Virus record (IMG/VR): IMGVR_UViG_3300015063_000002
Span: 3,200 to 67,199 of that record
DNA: 64,000 bases
DNA from: a virus
Reading direction: 5' to 3' (one strand)
The position numbers were made by a program, and so were the translations under genes. This document shows, in pieces, positions 36,313-44,272 of the stretch; the first letter of the stretch is position 1; the number at the start of each line of letters is the position of its first letter. The notes beneath the pieces are model-generated. The model did no database searches. It worked only from the letters and a program-made list of their open reading frames with translations, and was not told where the DNA came from.

Positions 36313-37353
36313 ATGGAAACGACAAAGAGATTGGGGAAGAAACCAAAAAACACGGTTGCCCTGAGCATAGGAGGGCTAATCGAGCGTTATCAGTCTTACA
36401 ACGAGTCGGTGGGTAAGGCACCGGCCACCCTTGCCCGCTACCGCTACTCACTTACCCATTTCGAGACTTTCACCGGATCGGACTTCCTGGCCGAACTTTT
36501 GGACGAAGCGGTGCTTGACGATTACCGCCTTTATCTCGTTCGGCGTGATATAAGCCTGCACACCGTCAACTCTTACCTGCGCGACTTGCGGGCCTGCTTG
36601 AACTGGGCAGCCCGACGGCGGTTAATTGCTCATCCGCCGGTAATAGAGTTCGTCCGGCACGACCCACTCGCAGCCAAGACGACTTTCCTGCCGGACGAAT
36701 TCTCGTCCCTTGTCAAGGCGTCTGAGGGTGAAAGTACCCTCTTGTTAAGACTCAGGGCCAGGGCGATACTTTACACTCTGTTTGACACGGGTCTACGGGC
36801 CAGCGAACTTTGTCGGGCCAGATTTACAGATGTGCGCTCGGAAGAGGTGGACGGGCTAGTCGGACGGGTTTTACTCGTGCAAGGGGCAAAACGGGGCGGG
36901 CCTCGTAACTTACCACTTCACGATACGACCTGGGCGGCCATAGAGGAGTATCGAGCAGAACTCCTAAAACCGCATGGTCGAGGCTTCAAAAAGCGCGGGA
37001 ATGATCCGACCTGGCTATTCGTATCGAGCCGAAGCCTTAGTGAGCCACTTAGCGTGTCGGGGCTGAGGCGAATGTGTGAGCGGCTGGTCGGTTATGCCGC
37101 CACCATACAAACCACTAGCGGGGAGGATGGTAACAGCATGAGAGGCGACAAACCACCTCTACACGCTAACCCACACAAATTCCGCCACTCTTTTGTTTCC
37201 GGCTGGGTCAACCACACTGGCGGCGAGGAAATAGAACCGTTACTCAAAATAGCGGGCTGGCGCGACCGGCGGATGCTGGAAGTCTACGCCCACTACGAGA
37301 CAACTACTATCATGCGCTCGGCCCGGCGTAACAGCCCGCTAAATCGTAAGTAG
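36313..37353 (+). CDS. Tyrosine recombinase; paralog of 2801-4201 without the HNH domain
   Basis: GLRASE, HKFRH, GW...Y; shared insertion PHGRG[FY][KR]KRGNDPTWLFVS. Confidence 0.9.
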   Translation: METTKRLGKKPKNTVALSIGGLIERYQSYNESVGKAPATLARYRYSLTHFETFTGSDFLAELLDEAVLDDYRLYLVRRDISLHTVNSYLRDLRACLNWAARRRLIAHPPVIEFVRHDPLAAKTTFLPDEFSSLVKASEGESTLLLRLRARAILYTLFDTGLRASELCRARFTDVRSEEVDGLVGRVLLVQGAKRGGPRNLPLHDTTWAAIEEYRAELLKPHGRGFKKRGNDPTWLFVSSRSLSEPLSVSGLRRMCERLVGYAATIQTTSGEDGNSMRGDKPPLHANPHKFRHSFVSGWVNHTGGEEIEPLLKIAGWRDRRMLEVYAHYETTTIMRSARRNSPLNRK

Positions 37354-37617
37354 ATAGATAGATAGTACCAACAAAGTGAAGATACCGGCCTATTAAAATC
37401 ATTAAAATTGAATGGAGTAGGCCGGTAGCTCTATGATATAATATTTTAAGCAAGCAAGTAGGGAACGAACGGGTAAGGTTACGGGAAAATCGGAGTATTT
37501 TATTCTCTTTAAGCCTAAGTCAGTCAGTCAGGGTTAAAGTATTCAAAAGTGGAAAATGAGATAGGAGGTAGTTTCAAATTTTGCGGTTAGCGGCTAACCA
37601 GATATAAGGTTTGGATT

Positions 37618-37650
37618 TTGCAATGTGCTACACTCATGGTATAATAGCAC
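37618..37650 (+). promoter_or_regulatory. sigma70 promoter with overlapping inverted repeat
   Basis: TTGCAA, 16 nt, TG-N-TATAAT; GTGCTA...TAGCAC flanks the -10. Confidence 0.65.
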
Positions 37651-37729
37651 TCAGTCAGGTAAGCACCCAACTGCTTACCCTAACCAATCTCCCCAGCCAG
37701 TTTCGGCGGTGAGGTGATTTTAGGAAATT

Positions 37730-37805
37730 CGGAGCGTAGCACAGCCCGGTAGTGCGCTTGCTTTGGGATAAAGAGTTCTAGCTGGATTCTCCCGCGCTTC
37801 GGTCA
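37730..37805 (+). pseudogene. Degenerate tRNA-Pro(TGG)
   Basis: Acceptor CGGAGCG/CGCTTCG, D-arm GCAC/GTGC, loop TTTGGGA; anticodon stem has two mismatches and the T-arm lacks TTCGA. Confidence 0.6.
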
Positions 37806-37845
37806 CATAGTTAGTAGTTTTCTTACTAGCAAAAGGCCATTTCCT

Positions 37846-38421
37846 ATGATCACTCAGCAAGCTGATTTAGCGAAGGTGAGCGGTGACAACACCTCTCAGT
37901 CTCTCGAAAGTCCTAAAGAAAAGCTCGATCCAAACTTAATACTGCCAGCCCAACTAATCGCAAAACTTGACGCTGCCTCGAATATTGAGGAAGTGAAGCG
38001 GGTAGTTATGGACTACGTAAATACGAGTTTGTCGTTTGCAAACATGGCAATCGCTGCTACTACGAGCCTGGATAAAAAAACTCAGGCTATTTTAGTTTTG
38101 CGCCAAAGCACTGTAATCACGGCGCACGGCGAGCGGTTATGTGACTTGCAAGGTCGAAAGATCGGCAGATCGGACGCAGCCGAAAAATATGGGATTGCAC
38201 CAGTCTCTATAATTCGCTGGGAACGGCAACTACTAGCGGATAAAAACCCACTCGTAAGAGTTTACGAGAAAGGATTTGGGCGTGGCAAACAAGTACAAGT
38301 TGACGAGGGCCATGTGGCGGCAGTGGTCGCCCTTAGTAATCAACTTCGTACCGATGGTCAGCAAACCGGCCCGATGCCGGGGTTGGGTAAATACCCACCA
38401 CGCAAACGTAAGGCGTCGTAA
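37846..38421 (+). CDS. Putative HTH DNA-binding protein
   Basis: GRSDAAEKYGIAPVSIIRWER. Confidence 0.5.
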   Translation: MITQQADLAKVSGDNTSQSLESPKEKLDPNLILPAQLIAKLDAASNIEEVKRVVMDYVNTSLSFANMAIAATTSLDKKTQAILVLRQSTVITAHGERLCDLQGRKIGRSDAAEKYGIAPVSIIRWERQLLADKNPLVRVYEKGFGRGKQVQVDEGHVAAVVALSNQLRTDGQQTGPMPGLGKYPPRKRKAS

Positions 38422-38422
38422 A

Positions 38423-38464
38423 TCCCAAGCAGGTTGGCGCGGGTTCGAGTCGCGTCTCCCGCTC
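38423..38464 (+). other. 3' half of tRNA-Gly(CCC); candidate att core
   Basis: TCCCAAGCAGGTTGGCGCGGGTTCGAGTCGCGTCTCCCGCTC = anticodon loop to acceptor 3' strand with U73; no 5' half upstream. Confidence 0.7.
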
Positions 38465-38476
38465 TCCTATTAAATT

Positions 38477-38908
38477 ATGTGGTTAGAAAGTAGGTCTTAC
38501 ACCATGCCTGATATAATGACACCTGTGACGCGGGGAGTTGTTAGAGATTTCAGACAGGTGCAAGGCATGGATGGTGAAGCCCTAGAGTTACGAAGATTAT
38601 TTTACACAAAAGACCAGGGCAAAAAGCCCAGAGTAGACGAGTTTTTGGAAGAGCATCCCGGTCTTATTGACTTGCTATCGCTCGTTGGCACTAAGTTACT
38701 TACTTACTTTCCTGACTTAACTGCTTACCTTGAGGTACGAGACGACCCAGAGACAAATGAAACCTATCTAAACGTGAGCATTGCAAGGAACGGGCGGTCT
38801 CTAAACAAAGCGTTCTTACTTTTACAGGAGTTTCAGGATAGCTGGTGGGTGTTCTATAACGGCCCTGATCGCCTATTACTAAATATCACTTTGGAACACG
38901 GCAGGTAA
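38477..38908 (+). CDS. Probable antitoxin partner of the HEPN protein
   Basis: Stop/start overlap with the HEPN gene; acidic. Confidence 0.45.
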   Translation: MWLESRSYTMPDIMTPVTRGVVRDFRQVQGMDGEALELRRLFYTKDQGKKPRVDEFLEEHPGLIDLLSLVGTKLLTYFPDLTAYLEVRDDPETNETYLNVSIARNGRSLNKAFLLLQEFQDSWWVFYNGPDRLLLNITLEHGR

Positions 38909-39294
38909 TGGGGTTCGATTGGATTTACTACCTGCGTATAATTCCGGCTTTAACCAACGAGATATTTGGGAGCGAGGACCAGGAGCCTCTACCACCGCTT
39001 CAAGAGGCCCGACTAAGGGCGGCTAACCATGCAGCTTACTACTCGGCATTTCATTTTGCCAAAACTTATGTTGCGGCGGCAGGCAAGACTATACCGAGGC
39101 ACAATGTTCATCAATTTGTTATAGACTTCTTTATGGGAAGTCCTCAACCTGATCGCAAAAATATTGGCTACGACTTACGCCGGTTACGCGATCTTAGAAA
39201 CCAGGCCGATTACGATGACGAGGTGGATGACCTAATTGATAAAACGCAAGAAGCTATCCGACTCGCACACAAGTTAGTTCGCAAATTTTTATAA
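38908..39294 (+). CDS. HEPN-domain protein
   Basis: RAANHAAYYSAFH...HQFVI...LRRLRDLRNQADY. Confidence 0.75.
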   Translation: MGFDWIYYLRIIPALTNEIFGSEDQEPLPPLQEARLRAANHAAYYSAFHFAKTYVAAAGKTIPRHNVHQFVIDFFMGSPQPDRKNIGYDLRRLRDLRNQADYDDEVDDLIDKTQEAIRLAHKLVRKFL

Positions 39295-39328
39295 ATACAT
39301 TTTAGCAATCGTTGGAGCATAACCACAC

Positions 39329-40201
39329 ATGAATACTACTGACTCACTAACCTTTAACCAGGCCGTCACTACCGCCAACACCGGCGATAAAAGGACGGCT
39401 AATAACCAACTTAAAACCCTGCTCAGTGCCAACCCTACCGATGTTAACCTCCTACTATGGACAGCCTTCACCTCAGACGATCTTAACCACGCTGGCGACC
39501 TGATCGACCGGGCCTCGGCTATCGAACCAGGCAATCCGGCTCTGGCTCAAGCTAAAGGGTGGCTAAATCAGGAACGGACGAGGCAAACCCCTTTGCCACA
39601 ACTATTACCCGTTAGCCCACCACCTCCAACCTTTTCAACTCCTGACAACAACTACGCCACACGCCCACAAGTGGCATCGGGTGCCATTCGTGGTGTGGGT
39701 GGTTCGGATTCACAAACGACATTGAAATCCAAATTGGGCAAAAATCGCCTCGGCCTGATTGCAGGATGTTGTGCGGTTTTATTAGTCATTCTCGTTGGGA
39801 TACTGGTCCTAACTATTTTCCATCAAAAAACAGCGAGTGAAACGTACTACTACGAGCAGTACGAAACCCTTGACGAGGCTATCAACGCCCACTCAGGCAC
39901 GAGCTTTGCTGGGGACAGAGTAGCTTTCAAGTTCGATAATCTGGCTTCAACGCAGTACAAAAATATCCCCTACAAAGGCGGCCTGGCTATAGGTGTGCCA
40001 ATTAAAAGCATTTTCAGCGCAGTTACTAAAGGGTTAGGCTCTGGCTCTCTTACTAACAACGGGCCTGAATATATAGCCGCTATTGTCTTCTCTAACAAGG
40101 ATTTTCAACCTCGCTCTGGCAAGTCAGTCTACTATGGCAAGATCACAGGCGATGTAAACAACACAGTTATGGGCGTGATCGAGATCGAGGACGTTAAGTA
40201 A
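39329..40201 (+). CDS. TPR-like plus TM plus extracellular domain protein; paralog of 7-474
   Basis: N-terminal similarity to 7-474; TM LGLIAGCCAVLLVILVGILVLTIF. Confidence 0.65.
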   Translation: MNTTDSLTFNQAVTTANTGDKRTANNQLKTLLSANPTDVNLLLWTAFTSDDLNHAGDLIDRASAIEPGNPALAQAKGWLNQERTRQTPLPQLLPVSPPPPTFSTPDNNYATRPQVASGAIRGVGGSDSQTTLKSKLGKNRLGLIAGCCAVLLVILVGILVLTIFHQKTASETYYYEQYETLDEAINAHSGTSFAGDRVAFKFDNLASTQYKNIPYKGGLAIGVPIKSIFSAVTKGLGSGSLTNNGPEYIAAIVFSNKDFQPRSGKSVYYGKITGDVNNTVMGVIEIEDVK

Positions 40202-40311
40202 GAGTAAACCAAAGGGGTTTACTAAAATTTAAATGGGTAGTTGGCGTATACTTCCTATCGCTCAAGTTTTATTGTTTCGTCTAAGCACGCATCTAACTAG
40301 GAGTAACGCCG

Positions 40312-41952
40312 TTGAACACACTTTACTATGGGGATAATTTAGGCATTCTTCGGGACTATATCAAAGATGAAAGCGTGGATTTAATATATTTAGACCCGCC
40401 TTTCGCCAGCAACCGTAATTATAACGTGCTATTCAAGGATGAGAGCGGCAAAGACTCTGACGCTCAAATCGTGGCTTTCACCGATACCTGGCATTGGGGT
40501 CACACCTCAGAAGAAATTTATACAGAATTAGTCACGGGTGGTCGTGCGCCGGAGCGGGTCGCCACAGTGATTGCTGCCTTGCGTCAGATGCTCGGCACTA
40601 ATCAGATGATGGCTTACCTGGTGATGATGACCGTTCGGTTAGTTGAATTACACCGAGTGCTAAAACCCACCGGTAGTCTTTACCTGCACTGCGATCCGAC
40701 CGCTTGCCACTACCTAAAGATTCTTCTCGATAGCATCTTTGGCCCACAACATTTTAGGAATCAGCTTATTTGGAAACGTTATGGGGCGCATAACGATGCG
40801 GGGCAAGGCTCAAAACATTACGGACGGGTACATGATATTCTGCTTTTTTATTCCAAAACTGGTAATCCATTTTGGAAACAGGTTTTTACTCCTTTAGACC
40901 CTAACTACGTTAAAGAAACGTACAATCGTTTAGACCCTGAAACCGACAAAAAGTATACAACCACTCCGCTTACTGGCCCTGGTGGAAAAGCTAAAGGGAA
41001 TCCAGTTTTTGAGTGGAACGGTCACACAAGAGCATGGCGTTATAATCGTGAAACTATGGAAAGATTAGATAAAGAAGGTCGTCTATACTACTCTAAAACA
41101 GGTTATGTCCGTCAGAAATTATACCTTGATGAGTCTAAGGGCATTCCAGTTCAAGACCTTTGGAACGACATAGCTTCATTATCGGGAGCGCACGCAGAAA
41201 AACTAGGCTACCCTACCCAAAAACCATTAGCTTTGTTAGAACGTATAATTGAGGCTTCTTGCCCTGTTGATGGGGTAATCCTTGATCCCTTCTGCGGGTG
41301 CGGTACTTCCATCGCTGCCGCCCAGAAACTAGGCCGTACCTGGATCGGGATAGACATCACCCACCTTGCTATCGCGCTCAACAAATACCGCCTTGAAGCA
41401 GCCTTTCCCGGTGTTAAAATGAAGGTGGTCGGAGAGCCAGAAGACTTAGCCGCAGCCAAACATCTAGCCCAAACCGACCGCTATCAATTCCAGTGGTGGG
41501 CTGCATCCCTTATCAAAGCTATGCCGCTCGGTGGGCAAGAAGGTTCTAAGCAGGGCAAAAAGGGCGCAGACAAAGGGGTTGACGGCGTGATAACTTTCCT
41601 GGACGAGGCCAACGGTAAGCTTAAAAGGATTTTAGTCCAAATTAAGAGCGGCCACGTTAAATCAGGGGATATTCGGGATTTATGTGGGGCTGTTGAGCGG
41701 GAGAAAGCTGCAATGGGAGTGTTCATCACACTTGAACCTCCGACCCAACCCATGCTAATTGAGGCCGCCAGTGCAGGTTTTTATCGTTCACCAGGCTTTA
41801 ACAAGAACTACCCCAGAATACAAATCTTGACCATTGAGGAACTGTTGGCACCCCACCGCTGTGAGGTTAAGATGCCCCCGCCCTGGGGGACATTCAAGCA
41901 GGCTCAACGCGAGAATTTAGTTAGTGAGTCTCAAGCCGTAATGGGTCTCTAG
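40312..41952 (+). CDS. N6-adenine DNA methyltransferase fused to an Mrr-like restriction endonuclease domain
   Basis: IYLDPPF, ILDPFCGCGT; C-terminal DKGVDG...VQIKSG. Confidence 0.85.
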   Translation: MNTLYYGDNLGILRDYIKDESVDLIYLDPPFASNRNYNVLFKDESGKDSDAQIVAFTDTWHWGHTSEEIYTELVTGGRAPERVATVIAALRQMLGTNQMMAYLVMMTVRLVELHRVLKPTGSLYLHCDPTACHYLKILLDSIFGPQHFRNQLIWKRYGAHNDAGQGSKHYGRVHDILLFYSKTGNPFWKQVFTPLDPNYVKETYNRLDPETDKKYTTTPLTGPGGKAKGNPVFEWNGHTRAWRYNRETMERLDKEGRLYYSKTGYVRQKLYLDESKGIPVQDLWNDIASLSGAHAEKLGYPTQKPLALLERIIEASCPVDGVILDPFCGCGTSIAAAQKLGRTWIGIDITHLAIALNKYRLEAAFPGVKMKVVGEPEDLAAAKHLAQTDRYQFQWWAASLIKAMPLGGQEGSKQGKKGADKGVDGVITFLDEANGKLKRILVQIKSGHVKSGDIRDLCGAVEREKAAMGVFITLEPPTQPMLIEAASAGFYRSPGFNKNYPRIQILTIEELLAPHRCEVKMPPPWGTFKQAQRENLVSESQAVMGL

Positions 41953-41984
41953 CTAGTTCCTATCCTGACACAATAAAGTAAATC

Positions 41985-42026
41985 AAAAAGCTCTGAGCGG
42001 TCAACTAATCGCTCAGGGCTTTTTGA
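41985..42026. terminator. Bidirectional terminator
   Basis: AAAAAGCTCTGAGCG...CGCTCAGGGCTTTTT. Confidence 0.75.
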
Positions 42027-42195
42027 TTTTATAATTAATCGAATCAAGGTGTACTAACCCATTGTGCATTTCGTACACTTTGTGCTATTATATCTTTTGA
42101 GGGGATGTACTCCTCACAAGTAATCAGTTCCAACGTAAAACCAGTCCAGCCGACCAATTCATAATGCTTGCTTTGGTCGGCCCTTTCTTTCATCC

Positions 42196-42534
42196 ATGTT
42201 CAAACGAGGTAGTTCTGTGGCAGTCAAACCGGAAACAACACAAGAGGAAACCATCAAAAAATTCACAGTGACGGTTTCGGGAGCGGAGCAAAGGCTTATT
42301 GCCCAAAGTGTTGACGAATACGCCTCCCTGCTACTGGCTGGAGCTTACAAAACGCTAGGGGACGGTAATGTGGAGGCCACCCAAAATATGGTGGAAATCG
42401 TCGGTTGGCTTATAACGTTGAGGATTAAGTTCGCACCGGATATGCCTGTCATAACGGAGTTTGATACGGCTGGGGCAGCAGAAGTTTACCTCAGCACACT
42501 AATTGCCAGAGGGTTCTCGCGTCCGACGGGATGA
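42196..42534 (+). CDS. Hypothetical protein
   Basis: First gene of the rightward early operon. Confidence 0.55.
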   Translation: MFKRGSSVAVKPETTQEETIKKFTVTVSGAEQRLIAQSVDEYASLLLAGAYKTLGDGNVEATQNMVEIVGWLITLRIKFAPDMPVITEFDTAGAAEVYLSTLIARGFSRPTG

Positions 42535-42713
42535 TCACACGTCGTGATTTATTACTGGGCGTCGGGCGTGGGAACTTCCTGGCAACGGGTCAGGGAGGAA
42601 AAACTGACGGTGGCAAACCAACCGTCTGGCTACCTATTTATCTATACTTTCCGCAAACCAAACAAGGCCGGGTAATCCGGCCTTCCATAAATCAATCGAA
42701 TGAGGTGGTAGTA

Positions 42714-42917
42714 ATGATTAAGCTTAACGATTTGTTCAAACGTCTGACGAACCAAATTAAAAAGCTAGAAGAGGGTCAAGGACTCGTTGAGTACGCATTA
42801 ATCCTCTTCCTGGTGGCCGTCGTGGTCATCGCAATTCTGATTCTGTTGGGGCCACAGATCGGCTCGGTGTTCAGTGCCGTCACCAAAGGATTGAGCGGGC
42901 CGCAGCCGACACCATAG
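42714..42917 (+). CDS. flp: Flp/Fap (type IVb) pilin
   Basis: EEGQGLVEYALILFLVAVVVIAILILLG prepilin motif; RBS GAGGTGG before ATG 42714; an in-frame longer start at 42531 is possible. Confidence 0.85.
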   Translation: MIKLNDLFKRLTNQIKKLEEGQGLVEYALILFLVAVVVIAILILLGPQIGSVFSAVTKGLSGPQPTP

Positions 42918-42995
42918 AATTATTGTCCAGCTATCTCCTTTCTGTAAGCCGATGGTGAAGTCCTCCCTGTCGGCTTCTATACAAGAGGGTCAGTC

Positions 42996-43391
42996 ATGAT
43001 TAGCGAAGAATTACAACAAAATACCAACGTCGAAACAACGCTGGCCCGTCTCAAAACCGTCCGCAACCTGGCCTGGTCGGACTTCAACCCATCCCTGCCA
43101 CCGTCCGGGGCTAACGACTGGGTAACTTTCGCCCTAGCGAATAGCGAGTATCAAAAGGCTTACCAGGCCGCCTACGGCCAGTACGACGAAGACGACACGG
43201 AGCGGCTGGCAACGGATTATTACGTGCGTCGCCGGGATAACCGGGTGCTGGGCAAGGCCGAACTCGGTACGAAGACCGACGACGACCGAGATAAGGGCAA
43301 TATCAGGAAAAGGGTTGGGCCAGCCGCCGACGAGCAAAGGCAAGTAATGCAAGAAAGAAAAGCCGGGGAGCATGGTCAGAACGAAGTGTAG
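42996..43391 (+). CDS. Hypothetical protein
   Basis: Co-oriented operon gene. Confidence 0.5.
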   Translation: MISEELQQNTNVETTLARLKTVRNLAWSDFNPSLPPSGANDWVTFALANSEYQKAYQAAYGQYDEDDTERLATDYYVRRRDNRVLGKAELGTKTDDDRDKGNIRKRVGPAADEQRQVMQERKAGEHGQNEV

Positions 43392-43578
43392 TTGTCAGTT
43401 CCCCTGGCCGGGCGGGGAGTTTGACTGTTACATGGAAGGGCGCACCTTCGGTGTTATAGATGACCTGGAAGTGGCGATGATCGAGGACGAGGAAGACTGG
43501 GGCGAGTGTGACTGTTCTTGCCATAAAAATGAGTTCGACGACAGCGACGAAAACGAAGGAAACGAGTTAGCCAGATGA
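43372..43578 (+). CDS. Small Cys-rich acidic protein
   Basis: CSC...CDCSCH; coupled to neighbours. Confidence 0.5.
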   Translation: MVRTKCSCQFPWPGGEFDCYMEGRTFGVIDDLEVAMIEDEEDWGECDCSCHKNEFDDSDENEGNELAR

Positions 43579-44006
43579 AAGCACTCTCACTTCAACAGCC
43601 CTGGGCCTGGCTCATGACCGCAGGGCCAAAGCGAATCGAAAATAGGAAGTGGCGGACGAACTACCGAGGCCCGGTCTTAGTACACGCCTCGAAGGGTTGG
43701 GACAAAGAAAACTTTCAGATCGGCGGCTCGTTCGGTCTTTTCTCAAAGCCGAATGGCCTACCCTTCCCGGACGCTATGCCCGACTTTGCTCACAATTATG
43801 AGCGGGGCGGGATTGTCGGTATCTTCACGATCACGGACTGCGTAACCGAAAGCGAAGACCCCTGGTTCTTTGGGCCTTATGGGTTCGTGGTCAAGGATGC
43901 CCGGCCCCTACCGTTTGTGCCGTGCCGAGGGATGCTCAATTTGTTCGATGTGCCACTGGCAGTGCTAGACCAGCTAAACCTTGAAGAAACCGAGGGACGG
44001 GTATGA
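43575..44006 (+). CDS. ASCH-domain protein
   Basis: MKALSLQQPWAWL...KRIENRKW...YRGPVLVHAS. Confidence 0.9.
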   Translation: MKALSLQQPWAWLMTAGPKRIENRKWRTNYRGPVLVHASKGWDKENFQIGGSFGLFSKPNGLPFPDAMPDFAHNYERGGIVGIFTITDCVTESEDPWFFGPYGFVVKDARPLPFVPCRGMLNLFDVPLAVLDQLNLEETEGRV

Positions 44007-44272
44007 TCTGCGTAATCAAGGTGGAACTCGATCAAGAACAGGCAACGCATTTTGGTGCAACCACCACACAAAATCTTCAAACAATTGAAAAGGGTTGGCA
44101 TAAAATTGCCTCTTGCCAACCGGACGAGGTGGCACAACCCGGCCATCGTGACGCTTATTTCGATGGTCAGATCAGGGCGTGGCCGTGCGGTAGTCTTATG
44201 TGCGTCTTGAACTGCCCCACCCCACAAAGTAGTCAGCCACCAACCTTAACCGAAAAGGCCGACACGTTATGA
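44003..44272 (+). CDS. Hypothetical protein
   Basis: ATGA-coupled on both sides. Confidence 0.55.
   Translation: MICVIKVELDQEQATHFGATTTQNLQTIEKGWHKIASCQPDEVAQPGHRDAYFDGQIRAWPCGSLMCVLNCPTPQSSQPPTLTEKADTL

Noticed and set aside
37730-38464. Split tRNA made from the 37730 5' half and the 38423 3' half
   Set aside because: The halves are different isotypes (Pro TGG and Gly CCC) and their acceptor strands CGGAGCG and CTCCCGC do not pair.
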